Shown: positions 34,777-46,982, counted from the stretch's first letter. The stretch: DNA of 64,000 nt from an uncultured delta proteobacterium (GCA_963733195.1 CAVTCR010000019.1:64001-128000); one strand, 5' to 3'. Program-made: numbers and translations. Notes: generated by a model from the letters alone, not told the origin.

Positions 34777-34812
34777 GTCCAACTAAGCCATTGCACGGGA
34801 CCGTCGCCCGTG
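34777..34812 (+). mobile_element. Truncated attC-like site (left arm only)
   Basis: GTCCAAC...GCACGGGACCGTCGCCCG resembles the left arm of 45753-45850. Confidence 0.5.
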
Positions 34813-34883
34813 CCGCAGCATAGACTATGCATCTAACTGTAGGTGATACCAATCTACTCACTCTAACACAGGCAACAATATCC

Positions 34884-35996
34884 TCACGGTAGATTCAGCG
34901 GTGGTGGCGGCGGTGTGAAGTGCAGGCCGCACTGACGATAAGCTTTTTTCACCGTAGCCCAATCTGGGACAGGATCAACAAGCGCAAGACCGGCCAACGC
35001 GTGGCAAGCTTCGGCGTGGTAACCAAAACGTCGCGCGTCTGCCAAACTGCGGGTAAATTCACGTCGTGCACGTTGCGGCTTACTCTGCAGAAGGGCCAAT
35101 TCCCCTACCCCTAAACGACAGTAAATTGTCCCGCGATGATCACGGGTCTCGCGAAAGAGTTTTTGGGCACGGGCAAACTCAGTGGCACTACGTTGGTAGT
35201 CACCGCGCATTTTGTGTACCGTTGCCATAGCCCAGACCGTATACGCAAAGCTGGCCTTATCACCAATACGGGCATACAGCTTCTCAGCTTTCGCGAACAA
35301 CCGCATCGCTTCACCGTATTCGTGATGCATCCGTGCCGCATTGCCTAAGCCACAGTATGAATAGGCCCGGCCATACACGTCACCGATTTTCTCAAAGAGT
35401 GAGTTTGCCTCTTGGTAGTAACGTCTCGTGTCAGCGAACTTGCCCATGAGGCGAGAGGCACCAGCCAAGCCACACAACGCATATCCGGTTCCCGGCTGGT
35501 CTTCTTGCTTTTTGGCTAACGCTAAAGCTTTACGGAAATGTGCTACGGCTTTACGCAAGTCACCACAGAAGCGATACGTGCTCCCTATCGCCCATAGCAC
35601 GAACCCCTCGCCTTCTTTGGCACGAGCCGCATGGTACAACTGTTGCGCTTCCGCAAGATACGGAGAGGGCGCGTTCAGGATTGCCTTGCGCACGGAGACT
35701 GAGCCCTACTCCCGACAGACTTTCTGCTAGTCCTTCACGATCGTCGAGTGACACAGAAAGCGAGACCGCGCGCGTATAGGCACGTTGCGCTGTAGTAAAC
35801 TGGCCCATCATACGAAGGCAGTCGCCCGTGCCAATCACCGCATCTCGTTCTCCTTCGGTGTCTTTTGTCGCTTTGTATGCAGCTTGGGCTTGACGATAGA
35901 AGGTCAGAGCTTCAGCGAAGCGACTGTGGGCGCGCGCATTCTCTCCTTGACGAAAAAGCCGCTCAGGCTTTACCGATTGAGATTTGCTCTGGCCAT
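34884..35996 (-). CDS. TPR-repeat protein; apparent frameshifts near 35980 and 35695
   Basis: Repeated AY..CGLG..AR..G.Y..A units across ORFs 34884..35693 and 35560..35838. Confidence 0.75.
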
Positions 35997-36005
35997 GAAG
36001 AAAGA

Positions 36006-36030
36006 AGGGCGCAGCATGCTGCGCCCCTAC
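36006..36030 (-). repeat. GTAG-type REP
   Basis: agggcgcagcatgctgcgcccctac; near-identical copy at 60421-60445. Confidence 0.75.
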
Positions 36031-36058
36031 CGGCTACTGAATGCTGACTACTGACTAC

Positions 36059-36934
36059 TTATCTTCTTCCCAACGCTTTCGCCATCGTCACGCCCATCTC
36101 GGCTGGGCTTGGGATGGTATGCGCACCGGCTTCTTGTAGAGCTTGAATCTTCTCCGCTGCCGTACCTTTGCCACCGGCGATAATCGCACCGGCGTGTCCC
36201 ATCCGTTTCCCTTTGGGAGCCGTCTGCCCACCGATAAACGCCGCGACTGGTTTCGTCACATTGGCTTTGATGAATGCTGCAGCATCTTCTTCAGCCGAGC
36301 CACCAATCTCACCAATCATGACAATACCTTCCGTTTGTGGGTCATCCTGAAACATCCGTAGCACGTCAATAAAATTCGTGCCGTTTACTGGATCGCCACC
36401 GATGCCAACACATGACGATTGTCCAATGCCGAGCTGGGTAAGCTGGTGCACTGCCTCATAGGTAAGGGTACCACTACGAGATACCACACCAATCGAGCCC
36501 TGCTTGTGGATGTATCCCGGCATAATCCCGATTTTGCACTCACCAGGAGTGATAACACCAGGACAATTCGGACCGATCAGGCGCGAGCTTTTCCCTTGCA
36601 TGTAACGCTTTACGCGCACCATATCGAGAACAGGAATACCCTCGGTAATGCAAATAACAAGCGGAACTCCAGCATCGACGGCTTCCATGATTGCATCTGC
36701 AGCGAACGGTGGCGGAACATAGATCACAGAGGCGTTTGCGCCGGTCGCTTTCACAGATTGCTCAACCGTGTCGAAAATAGGGATCCCTTCAAAGTCAGTC
36801 CCGCCACGACCAGGGGTCACACCGGCAACCATTTGTGTTCCGTACTCACGGCAGGCACGCGTGTGTAACTGGCCGGTCGCACCGGTAATGCCTTGGGTCA
36901 CGACTTTCGTATTCTTGTTGACGAGAATGCTCAC
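36059..36934 (-). CDS. sucD: Succinyl-CoA ligase alpha subunit
   Basis: [28 protein letters not shown]. Confidence 0.97.
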   Translation of the reverse strand: MSILVNKNTKVVTQGITGATGQLHTRACREYGTQMVAGVTPGRGGTDFEGIPIFDTVEQSVKATGANASVIYVPPPFAADAIMEAVDAGVPLVICITEGIPVLDMVRVKRYMQGKSSRLIGPNCPGVITPGECKIGIMPGYIHKQGSIGVVSRSGTLTYEAVHQLTQLGIGQSSCVGIGGDPVNGTNFIDVLRMFQDDPQTEGIVMIGEIGGSAEEDAAAFIKANVTKPVAAFIGGQTAPKGKRMGHAGAIIAGGKGTAAEKIQALQEAGAHTIPSPAEMGVTMAKALGRR

Positions 36935-36944
36935 AACGACTCCT

Positions 36945-37098
36945 CTAGGGGCTGGGGACTAGGGGCTGGGGGTTGGTTAAAAGAGAAAAAGCCGACTTCT
37001 TCATGCTCTGGTTTTTCGTCTCTAGTCTTTCTCTATTTTTGCCCTTTGCCTTTTGATTTTTGCCTTTCCCTAATCCCAACCCCAACACCCAGCCCCTA
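36945..37098. repeat. Fold-back element of short periodic tracts between sucC and sucD
   Basis: ctaggggctggggactaggggctggggg ... ttttgccctttgccttttg ... cccaaccccaacacccagccccta. Confidence 0.7.
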
Positions 37099-38263
37099 TT
37101 TGCCTTTCACTGCGGCAACGATCTTCTGCGCAGCATCGGCTAAATCGTTAGCTGGGGTAATGTTGAGACCGGACTCAGCAAGAATCTTTTTGCCTTGCTC
37201 AACATTGGTTCCTTCCAATCTCACAACCAGTGGAACTGACAGTTTGACTTGTTTAGCCGCCTCAACCACGCCCGTGGCTACGACATCACAGCGCATGATG
37301 CCACCAAAGATGTTGACTAACACACCTTTGACATTTTTATCTGAGAGAATGATCTTGAACGCTTCAGTCACTTTCTCTGTCGTGGCACCGCCACCGACAT
37401 CAAGGAAGTTGGCTGGCTCAGCGCCGTAAAACTTGATGATGTCCATCGTCGCCATTGCCAACCCAGCGCCGTTGACCATGCAGCCAATGCTGCCATCAAG
37501 CGCAATGTAACTGAGGTCAAACTTTGAGGCCTCAACTTCTTTGGGATTCTCCTCGGTAATGTCGCGCATCTCACGCAGATCCGCATGACGAAAGAGCGCG
37601 TTATCATCGAAACCCATTTTGGCATCGAGAGCGACGAGGTCACCAGACTTCGTCAATACGAGCGGGTTAATTTCGACCATTGAGGCATCGCTATCCATGA
37701 ACGCCCGGTAGAGTGCCCGCATGAATCCAACCGCTTTATTCACTGAATCTTTCGGCAGTCCGAGACCAAAGGCGAGCTTGCGGCCCTGGAAATCATTAAA
37801 GCCAATCGCTGGATCAATCGTGGCACGCAGGATCTTTTCAGGCGCGCGCTCAGCAACTTCTTCGATCTCGACCCCACCTTCAGAACTGGCCATAACGGTG
37901 ACGCGGGACGTCACACGATCAATCACCATACCAAGGTAGTATTCCTTGGCGATGTCACAGCCTTGTTCGACAAAGACCTTCAGTACTTCTTTGCCTTCAG
38001 GCCCAGTCTGATGGGTCACCAGTTTTTTTCCTAAGAATTGCCGCGGCATGCTGCTTCGCCTCTTGGGGAGTCTTGGCGAGTTTGACCCCACCGGCTTTGC
38101 CACGCCCACCGGCATGAATCTGCGCTTTGACGACGCATAACCCACCACCTAACGCATTGGCCGCAGCTTCGGCTTCGTCCGCGGTCGTAGCGACCTTACC
38201 GTTCAGTACCGCAACACCATACTTCCTAAGAATGTCTTTGGCTTGGTATTCATGGATATTCAT
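37096..38263 (-). CDS. sucC: Succinyl-CoA ligase beta subunit; apparent frameshift near 38030
   Basis: [47 protein letters not shown]. Confidence 0.95.
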
Positions 38264-38336
38264 AGTAGTCCTCGCCGAGGGACAGCGGCAGATGCGGAGG
38301 GACTCAGCAGCGCCGGGTCCCTATCTCGCGCCTAAC

Positions 38337-38690
38337 CTAAATAGAGACAATCGTCATCACTGCAATGAGCATGATCAGTAATGCTCCCCCGTAGCACAGG
38401 TACGCAATCGGAGTGGCATAGGCTCTCCAGCCTGTATCGTACAGCGTGTGGCGGATACGATGCATGCAGTGAAAAACCGGAACAGAAAAAAGCACGATGA
38501 GATAGAGCTTTGCTAACGGATGAGAAAGCAGTGCATGTATCCGGTCATAGGAAAACGTATCTGCTGGTCCCCACCAGAACGGAATCGCAAATCCCAGCAG
38601 AAGGATATGGATAGGAACGAGTAAAGCGGAAACTACGCCACCAGCAGAAAAAATCGCCCACCAAAACGCTTCGCCCCGAGCCCTCACCAT
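38337..38690 (-). CDS. frdD: Fumarate reductase subunit D (membrane anchor)
   Basis: EAFWWAIFSAGGVVSALLVP, HRIRHTLYD, CYG. Confidence 0.82.
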   Translation of the reverse strand: MVRARGEAFWWAIFSAGGVVSALLVPIHILLLGFAIPFWWGPADTFSYDRIHALLSHPLAKLYLIVLFSVPVFHCMHRIRHTLYDTGWRAYATPIAYLCYGGALLIMLIAVMTIVSI

Positions 38691-38692
38691 AG

Positions 38693-39079
38693 TTAGCTCC
38701 ACGTCGCAATCAGAAAAATAATGACCGAAATCGTTAACCAACCGACATAATTAGGCGCGATGAGAAACGCGTCAGGAAGCTTCTCTTCTCCTCTGCGCAC
38801 CACCACTGCTTTCGGCGTAAGGTTGAACCAGGTACTGGTGTGATAACAGGCCGCAATGAGTGCAGCAAGGTGAAAGAAAAATGACCACGGAGAAGAGAGT
38901 CGTTGCAAAAAGGCGCTGTACGCCTCTGGTCCGCGGGCCAGGTTGTATAAAAAAAGTAAGAAGATGATCAGGAACGCGAGCACGAAGACAGCCGTCAGTT
39001 CGCGAAACATGAAGAGCCGGTAGTTATGGTTCTTCAACCACCACGTATTGGAGACCGGGCGTCGATAGACTTCACTCAT
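38693..39079 (-). CDS. frdC: Fumarate reductase subunit C (membrane anchor)
   Basis: [12 protein letters not shown]...[22 protein letters not shown]. Confidence 0.85.
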   Translation of the reverse strand: MSEVYRRPVSNTWWLKNHNYRLFMFRELTAVFVLAFLIIFLLFLYNLARGPEAYSAFLQRLSSPWSFFFHLAALIAACYHTSTWFNLTPKAVVVRRGEEKLPDAFLIAPNYVGWLTISVIIFLIATWS

Positions 39080-39822
39080 CGTGACCCCCAAGGCGTAAGC
39101 ACTGATTTTACGAGATCCAACGCCCCACCTACTTTGGCTTGCTGAATAGCGCCGGCAGGATCAACATCTTTCGGACACACCTCTGAACATTCACCGACAA
39201 AGGTACACTCCCAGATCCCCTCATGACGGAAGATCACATCGTGTCGTTCTTCCTGACCCTGATCACGGGAGTCCAGATTGTACCGTTGCGCAAGGGCGAT
39301 CGCCGCTGGACCGACAAACGAAGATTCAAGGCCATAGATCGGGCAGGCTGCATAACATAACAAACAGTTAATGCACATGCTGAACTGCTTGAAGGTAGCG
39401 AGTTCAGCCGGACTTTGCAGATATTCGCCTTCTGAAACGGGTTTCTCTTCTTTACGGATAATAAAGGGCTTCACTTCTTTGAGCTTGTGCACGAAGTCCG
39501 TGATGTTAACAATCAAGTCGCGTTCAACTGGGAAGTTCGCCAACGGTTCGACACGTACAGGACCAGGGTAGTAATCCTTGAGGAATGCGGCGCAGGTCAG
39601 CTTGGGAGTGCCGTTCACCATCATGCCGCAACTACCACACACCCCCATGCGGCAGGACCAACGATACGATATTGAACCATCAACCTGGTCTTTAAGGTAG
39701 TTGAGCGCATCCAACACGACCCAGTCGTCATGGAACGGGACCGTAAAATTCTGAAAGATCGGTTCTTTCTCAGTCTCCGGTCGATAGCGGAAGACTTCTA
39801 AGGTGATCGTGCGCTCAGCCAT
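39076..39822 (-). CDS. frdB: Fumarate reductase iron-sulfur subunit
   Basis: [36 protein letters not shown]. Confidence 0.92.
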   Translation of the reverse strand: MAERTITLEVFRYRPETEKEPIFQNFTVPFHDDWVVLDALNYLKDQVDGSISYRWSCRMGVCGSCGMMVNGTPKLTCAAFLKDYYPGPVRVEPLANFPVERDLIVNITDFVHKLKEVKPFIIRKEEKPVSEGEYLQSPAELATFKQFSMCINCLLCYAACPIYGLESSFVGPAAIALAQRYNLDSRDQGQEERHDVIFRHEGIWECTFVGECSEVCPKDVDPAGAIQQAKVGGALDLVKSVLTPWGSR

Positions 39823-41582
39823 TATTTCTCTCCGTATGTCCGTTCCGCCGGTGGCCAGTTCGTTATCACTACTTTGAGATAATCGATACGAGGAGGCCCG
39901 CCTGGGGTACAATACGCTAACGAATGCGCCAGGAAGTTCTCGTCGTCACGCTTCGGATGATCTGTCCGTTGATGCGAGCCACGTGATTCTTTCCGATTCA
40001 CCGCACTGTGAGCCACAGTCTCAGCAATTTCGAGCATATTTTCGAGTTCGAGCACTGAGGTCAGCTCTGTGTTGTAGGTATTACTACGGTCGTCAAGCGT
40101 GACCCCTTTGAAGCGATCCTTCAGTTCCGCCAACTTGTCGCAGGTGGCTTTCAGTGGGGCTTCAAGGCGATAGATCCCTGCCCCTTCTTCCATCGTTTTC
40201 GTCATTTCAGTACGAATTGTAGCGATACGTTCTTTGCCATCAGTTTTGGCAATGAAGTTCTTACGTACCCGCTCTTGCTCGTCCTTTGCTTGCGATTCGA
40301 GGGCCGGAGTATCAATCTTCTTTTGCTCTTTGGCAAACGTTGCCGCAGCTTGACCAGCACGCGCGCCAAACACGAGCAACTCGGTGAGAGAGTTCGAGCC
40401 TAACCGATTCGCGCCATTAATACTGACGCAGGCCGTCTCACCGGCAGCAAACAACCCAGAGATCGAAGTCGCAGCGTTAATATCAGTGTGTACGCCACCC
40501 ATCATGTAGTGCACAACCGGACGGACAGGGATCGGTTCATAGACTGGATCGATGCCCGCATAGTTCCTGGCCAGTTCGCGCACGAACGGCAACTTCTTCA
40601 TGATCTTGTATTCGCCGAGATGGCGAATATCGAGATGCACGACATCGCCATAGGGACCAGGGATCGTGTTGCCTTTGTCACGTTCCTTCATGAAGCACTG
40701 CGAGAGCTTGTCGCGCGGTCCAAGTTCCATCGTGCGTAACTGTGGATGTTTTGGGTCATGAATATCAAGTGGTTTGCCTAATGCGTAGTCTTGCAAATAA
40801 CGATAGCCATTCTTGTTGAGGAGAATCCCACCTTCTCCACGCGCAGCCTCGGTGATCAAAATTCCTGTCCCAGGAAGTCCAGTCGGATGATACTGAACAA
40901 ACTCCATGTCTTTCAGCGCTGCTCCAGCGCGATAGGCCAGAGCCATGCCATCGCCGGTCTTAATCGCACCGTTGGTGGTAAACGGGAAGATGCGACCACC
41001 ACCACCAGTACACAGAACCACAGCCTTGGCGAGAATCGGTTGCATGAGTCCACTACGCATCTCGATCGCCGTCACCCCCTGGCAACGTCCATTCTCGATG
41101 AGCAGTTTAGTCGCAAACCATTCATCATAACGCTGGATCGACTCGTATTTGAGTGAAGTTTGGAACAACGCATGGAGCAGATGAAACCCGGTCTTATCGG
41201 CAGCAAACCAGGTGCGCTCGATTCGCATACCGCCAAAGGGACGAACAGCTACATGACCGTCCGGTTCACGGCTCCAGGGGCAACCCCAGTGTTCCAACTG
41301 AATCAGTTCGGCGGTAGCAGACTTCACGAACAGTTCGACAACATCCTGATCTGCCAGCCAGTCTGCACCGCTAATAGTATCTTTGATATGTTCTTCTAAG
41401 GTATCGTTGGCCTTGATGACACCGGCAGTGCCACCTTCAGCAGCCACGGTGTGACTGCGCATCGGATAGACCTTAGAAACGACGGCAATGTTGAGCTTCG
41501 GGTCGGCTTCAGCCGCGGCAATGGCGGCCCGTAGCCCTGCTCCACCACCACCGATGATGAGGACATCATGCACGAGTGCCAT
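39822..41582 (-). CDS. frdA: Fumarate reductase flavoprotein subunit
   Basis: [47 protein letters not shown]. Confidence 0.92.
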   Translation of the reverse strand: MALVHDVLIIGGGGAGLRAAIAAAEADPKLNIAVVSKVYPMRSHTVAAEGGTAGVIKANDTLEEHIKDTISGADWLADQDVVELFVKSATAELIQLEHWGCPWSREPDGHVAVRPFGGMRIERTWFAADKTGFHLLHALFQTSLKYESIQRYDEWFATKLLIENGRCQGVTAIEMRSGLMQPILAKAVVLCTGGGGRIFPFTTNGAIKTGDGMALAYRAGAALKDMEFVQYHPTGLPGTGILITEAARGEGGILLNKNGYRYLQDYALGKPLDIHDPKHPQLRTMELGPRDKLSQCFMKERDKGNTIPGPYGDVVHLDIRHLGEYKIMKKLPFVRELARNYAGIDPVYEPIPVRPVVHYMMGGVHTDINAATSISGLFAAGETACVSINGANRLGSNSLTELLVFGARAGQAAATFAKEQKKIDTPALESQAKDEQERVRKNFIAKTDGKERIATIRTEMTKTMEEGAGIYRLEAPLKATCDKLAELKDRFKGVTLDDRSNTYNTELTSVLELENMLEIAETVAHSAVNRKESRGSHQRTDHPKRDDENFLAHSLAYCTPGGPPRIDYLKVVITNWPPAERTYGEK

Positions 41583-41700
41583 GCCTATTCTTCAGCCTCC
41601 TGTTTTGGGCTTTCCTGGCTCGTCGGCTTCACGCGATCTGTGTCTGTTGGAGTGTGAGACCGGGGGCAAAATGCCAAAATTTACTGGACCTGTCTAGGGC

Positions 41701-42267
41701 TTAGTCTTCTTGCGCGTACTGCTTCCGTCCCTCTTCATAAAGATCAGCCCCATAGGTGTCATCAATCACAATCACCGGAAAATCCTCAACAACCAAACGA
41801 CGGATTGCCTCAGTACCTAAATCTTCGTAGGCAATGATTTCTGCACTTTTGATGTATTTCGACAGCAATGCACCAGTCCCGCCGACTGCACCGAAGTAGA
41901 TGCATTTATGCTGTTTCATTGCGTCTCTTACGGGCATGGAGCGTGCCCCTTTACCGATCATCCCTTTGAGGCCCAACGCCATCAGCTTTGGTGCATAGGA
42001 ATCCATCCGTCCACCGGTCGTTGGTCCCGCCGAGCCAATCACCATTCCCGGACGTGGCGGTGTGGGCCCAACATAATAAATAATTTGCCCACGAACATCG
42101 ATCGGCAACGACTTTCCCTCATCAAGCAGATCGATCAATCGCTTATGAGCGGCATCACGACCAGTGAGGAGCATACCAGAGAGGCGGACACGGTCACCGG
42201 CGTGCAAGCTTGTGACCACATCGTCAGAGAGTGGAGTCGTCAGTCGTCGGACTTCGTCACCTGCCAT
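41701..42267 (-). CDS. Class I Fe-S fumarate hydratase / tartrate dehydratase beta subunit
   Basis: RDAAHKR, GPTTGGRM, IGKG, EDLGTEA. Confidence 0.9.
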   Translation of the reverse strand: MAGDEVRRLTTPLSDDVVTSLHAGDRVRLSGMLLTGRDAAHKRLIDLLDEGKSLPIDVRGQIIYYVGPTPPRPGMVIGSAGPTTGGRMDSYAPKLMALGLKGMIGKGARSMPVRDAMKQHKCIYFGAVGGTGALLSKYIKSAEIIAYEDLGTEAIRRLVVEDFPVIVIDDTYGADLYEEGRKQYAQED

Positions 42268-42279
42268 ATGCTGCGCTCC

Positions 42280-43122
42280 TTATAGTACCGCTTCTTTGTG
42301 GCGATGCGCATGACATTCGATCGTCACCGCCACCGGCAAACTGGTGATATGACAGGGATAGGTATTGATATGAATCGCAAATGCGGTGGTATCGCCGCCG
42401 TATCCTTGTGGACCAATTCCGAGCTTATTGGCTTTGGTCAGCAGTTCTTGCTCAAGCGCATTGATTTCAGCATTAGGGTTCGGCTCACCAATACTACGGA
42501 AGAGTGAACGCTTAGAGAGTAGTGCCGCTTTCTCAAACGTGCCGCCGATACCCACACCCGCAATCAGTGGCGGGCAGGCATCCGGCCCGGCAGTTTTGAT
42601 GCATTCGATGACAAAGTTCTTCGCGCCTTCAATGCCTTCAGCTGGAGTGCACATCTTGTATTTGCTGCGATTCTCACAGCCACCACCTTTGGCCATCACC
42701 ATCAAGGTCAGTTTGTCGCCGGGGACAATCTGCGTATGCACAATCGCCGGAGTGTTGTCGCCAGTATTTTTGCGGTTGAAAGGATCGCCGACGATCGACG
42801 CCCGTAGATAGCCCTCTTTGTAACCGCGTCGCACGCCTTCATTGATGGCGTCTTCCATGAAGCCACCAGCTATGTGGACGTCTTGACCAATGTCGGCAAA
42901 GCAGATGACAAAGCCGGTATCCTGGCAATAGGGCAAGCGTTGCGTCCGCGAGATCTGGGCATTTTCCTTAATCATCTCGAGTGCACCACGCCCAGCCGGT
43001 GAACGCTCCGTGCTCAGCGCTTTGTCAAACGCATTGAGCATGTCATCACCAAGAACGAAATTGGCTTCCATACACAACTGAATGATGGTGTCGGTGATTT
43101 TTTGCGCTTCGATAGTTCGCAT
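42280..43122 (-). CDS. Class I Fe-S fumarate hydratase / tartrate dehydratase alpha subunit
   Basis: PYCQDTG, LRASIV, KGGGCEN, ACPP, GIGPQG, CHAHR. Confidence 0.9.
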   Translation of the reverse strand: MRTIEAQKITDTIIQLCMEANFVLGDDMLNAFDKALSTERSPAGRGALEMIKENAQISRTQRLPYCQDTGFVICFADIGQDVHIAGGFMEDAINEGVRRGYKEGYLRASIVGDPFNRKNTGDNTPAIVHTQIVPGDKLTLMVMAKGGGCENRSKYKMCTPAEGIEGAKNFVIECIKTAGPDACPPLIAGVGIGGTFEKAALLSKRSLFRSIGEPNPNAEINALEQELLTKANKLGIGPQGYGGDTTAFAIHINTYPCHITSLPVAVTIECHAHRHKEAVL

Positions 43123-43164
43123 AGTGGCTGTTCCCCGCACTCAAAAGAGACACGCAACACGTCA

Positions 43165-43307
43165 CTAGTACTCTGTCCAAATGAAGATGCGGGGTTGTCA
43201 TTGCGAGCGTAGCGAAGCAATCTCTGTGAGGATACTGTGTCGACGAGATTGCTTCGTCGCTCCGCTCCTCGCAATGACCCCTCAAAACCACCTGGACGGA
43301 GTACTAG
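43165..43307. mobile_element. MITE-like element with CTAG-bounded inverted ends enclosing a REP pair
   Basis: CTAGTACTCTGTCCA ... TGGACGGAGTACTAG (14/15 inverted match); inner GTCATTGCGAG..GAAGCAATCT / AGATTGCTTC..CTCGCAATGAC. Confidence 0.7.
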
Positions 43308-43403
43308 GTCTTCTCTTGCTTTTACGCTTTTTTCTTAACCTCACAAGTTGGGATAGTGTGAAATCAACAGAGCTTTGACATTAGTTACGATAATCGTTCT
43401 CTT

Positions 43404-44498
<1,095 letters not shown>

Positions 44499-44551
44499 TC
44501 ACGACCGCGTCGTCGCGTTAGGACTCACCCCACGGATCGTGAGCAAACCAG

Positions 44552-44657
44552 GTTCCTATATGTAGCCAGAAAATGTTCCTACCTATAGCCGTATAGAGCT
44601 GGCTACCCATAGACCGTTCTGGCTATTCGTAGGAAGATGTTTCTGCTAATAGCCAGG
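44552..44657. repeat. Five copies of TTCCTA-N4-TAGCC(AG) in direct and inverted orientation
   Basis: Copies at 44552 and 44575 (direct, 23-bp spacing), 44599 and 44619 (inverted), 44639 (direct). Confidence 0.7.
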
Positions 44658-44807
44658 AGCATTGCCGTTCAATTAAAGTTAGCCTATGCAAAGCTACAGT
44701 GCTCCAGGTGAAAATCAGCTGGACAAATCATGTGTCGAGTTCAGAGAATGAGTTGACGCTTGGACGTCGAAATATCGGTTCGGGCGTTGGGAAAAGAAGA
44801 GGAAGAA

Positions 44808-45680
44808 ATGTCAAAAAAAGTCGCTCTGGTGACCGGAAGTAATAAAGGGATCGGTAAAGAGATCGTCCGCACCTTGGCTGCCTATGGCTACACGGTCTAT
44901 CTGGGCGCTCGAAACGAGCAACGTGGCCACGCCGCAGCCCAGGAACTTGTGAGTGCAGGGGGCGACGTCCGTTTTGTCAAGATCGATCTCACCGACTCAG
45001 AAACGATCCATGCTGCCGCTGAGAAGGTGAGAGATGAAGTAGGAAAGCTCGACGTGTTGATCAATAACGCCGGTGTCGCCCTTGAGGCGGAGCCGCCCAG
45101 CACGGCGAACCTCGCGTTCCTCAAAGCGACGTTCCAGACGAACTACTTTGGCATGGTGGAGGTGACGCAGGCCTTCCTGCCGTTGCTGCGCGCCTCTACT
45201 ACTCGCGTGATCCTTAATGTCACGAGCGGCTTGGGGTCGATCACCAAACACACCGACCCATCGTGGGAGTTTGGCGGCTTTCCCTTGCTCGGCTACAACT
45301 CTTCGAAAGCGGCGGTCAATATGTTCACCGTGCTCCTTGCAAAGGAACTCCGAGCAGAAGGCTTTAAGGTGAATGCGGTGAGTCCTGGCTATACCGCAAC
45401 GGACTTAAACCAGTTCCGGGGCCATGAGACCGTGGAAGAAGCAGCGGCGTATCTCGTGCAGTATGCCTTGCTAGATGAGCAGGGACCTACGGCTGGTTTC
45501 TTCGCCAAAGGAGAGGGGACACTGCCCTGGCAGGGAAGACAGTTGCCGTCGACTCTGTGCGGAACTGTCGCGCTCGTTCTTCTTCTCAGAGACCGGGGTG
45601 AAGATGAACGAGAGGGAAAAGGATTGGCAAAAGGGGCATCCATTCCAACGCCGAAGAAGAACCTGAGGAAGATGCGATAG
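44808..45680 (+). CDS. SDR oxidoreductase (carbonyl reductase-like)
   Basis: TGSNKGIG, NNAG, YNSSK, PGYTATDLN; the family-like end GTLPW is followed by CAG and a read-through tail. Confidence 0.85.
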   Translation: MSKKVALVTGSNKGIGKEIVRTLAAYGYTVYLGARNEQRGHAAAQELVSAGGDVRFVKIDLTDSETIHAAAEKVRDEVGKLDVLINNAGVALEAEPPSTANLAFLKATFQTNYFGMVEVTQAFLPLLRASTTRVILNVTSGLGSITKHTDPSWEFGGFPLLGYNSSKAAVNMFTVLLAKELRAEGFKVNAVSPGYTATDLNQFRGHETVEEAAAYLVQYALLDEQGPTAGFFAKGEGTLPWQGRQLPSTLCGTVALVLLLRDRGEDEREGKGLAKGASIPTPKKNLRKMR

Positions 45681-45752
45681 TCTCACGACGAGAAACATAC
45701 TGGGACTTGGGATGGAACCTTGAATTTGGCAACTGGGCGAGTAACCTTTACA

Positions 45753-45850
45753 GGCTAACTCTTCCGTGCTCGGGACCGCCGCCCGCGTGCGGTTTTGAGT
45801 GAACACGAAGGGATATGGTGAGACCGCGGCGGGTGACTGCAACGTTAGCC
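45753..45850 (+). mobile_element. attC-like site (family member A)
   Basis: GGCTAAC ... GTTAGCC, exact complements, 98 bp; left arm resembles family members B, C and D. Confidence 0.7.
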
Positions 45851-45881
45851 ATCAATCCAATCGAGAGGGGGAGATACATTT

Positions 45882-46934
45882 ATGTCAACACAAGAGCCGG
45901 TTACAACGCCCACCACTCCGCCACCCTTTGTGGCGCTCTTTCAGATGGTGACCGGGTACTACATCTCCCAGGCGCTTTACGTCGCCGCCAAACTCGGGAT
46001 TGCCGATGTGCTCAAGGATGGTCCGCGCCATTACACTACGCTTGCCCAACTCACGGGCACCCATGCCCCCTCGCTCTATCGCCTCTTACGGCTCCTCGCC
46101 AGTGCTGGAGTATGCGACGAACAGGAGAAGGGGCACTTTGGGTTGACCGCCATTGGAGCCTATCTCCAAACGGATATCCCTGGTTCTTTGCACGCCATCG
46201 CCTTACAGTTCGCTGGGCCATGGCACTCGCGCGGGTGGAGCGACCTTTTATACAGCGTACAGACGGGCGAGATTGCCTTTGACCATCTCTTTGGGATGGG
46301 TGTCTTTCCATATCTCACGCAGCATCCAGACGAGGCGGCGATCTTCGACGCAGCCATGACCGCCTTCTCTACGCAGGCTGCTGCGGCAGTGGTCACGGCT
46401 TATGATTTCTCAGCGTTGGGGACAATTGTCGATATAGGCGGTGGGCACGGAGCATTGCTGAGAGCCATTCTGCAAGCAACTCCAACTGCGCGTGGTCTCC
46501 TCTTTGACTTGCCCCACGTTGTCGAAGGGGCCAAGAGGCAGATAGAGGCCGCTGGCCTAGCGGAGCGGTGTGCGGTGGTGGGGGGAGACTTCTTCACAGC
46601 GGTACCGAGTGGCGGCGATGCCTATATTCTCTCGGAAGTCATCCATGACTGGGATGATGAGCGAAGCCTGACGATTCTCAAAAATTGCCACCGCGCCATG
46701 AATAAAAAGGGAAGACTTTTGCTCGTCGAGTTAGTCTTGCCGGCACGGATAGATCAGTCTCCGACAAGCCAGATCATCGTCGGCAGCGACGTCAACATGC
46801 TCGTACTCGCCGGTGGGCGCGAACGGACAGAGGCTGAGTTTAGGGTGCTCTTCGAGGCGGCAGGGTTTAAGCTGACCAAGATCATTCCCACCCAAGGTTT
46901 GGCGAGCGTAGTTGAAGGGATACGCCTAGAGTAA
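45882..46934 (+). CDS. SAM-dependent O-methyltransferase (COMT-like with dimerisation domain)
   Basis: SQALYVAAKLGIAD, VDIGGGHG, FDLP, GDFF, VIHDWDD, GGRERT. Confidence 0.92.
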   Translation: MSTQEPVTTPTTPPPFVALFQMVTGYYISQALYVAAKLGIADVLKDGPRHYTTLAQLTGTHAPSLYRLLRLLASAGVCDEQEKGHFGLTAIGAYLQTDIPGSLHAIALQFAGPWHSRGWSDLLYSVQTGEIAFDHLFGMGVFPYLTQHPDEAAIFDAAMTAFSTQAAAAVVTAYDFSALGTIVDIGGGHGALLRAILQATPTARGLLFDLPHVVEGAKRQIEAAGLAERCAVVGGDFFTAVPSGGDAYILSEVIHDWDDERSLTILKNCHRAMNKKGRLLLVELVLPARIDQSPTSQIIVGSDVNMLVLAGGRERTEAEFRVLFEAAGFKLTKIIPTQGLASVVEGIRLE

Positions 46935-46982
46935 CGCCGGGCACGAGGAAGCGCAGTATGGATGACCAACGAAGGCGTTAAC

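Noticed and set aside
44552-44657. CRISPR array
   Set aside because: Repeats are short, mixed in orientation, lack spacer-length gaps, and there are no cas genes
45531-45680. Novel C-terminal domain on the SDR
   Set aside because: The family-like end LPW is followed by CAG, probably a lost TAG, so the tail looks like read-through
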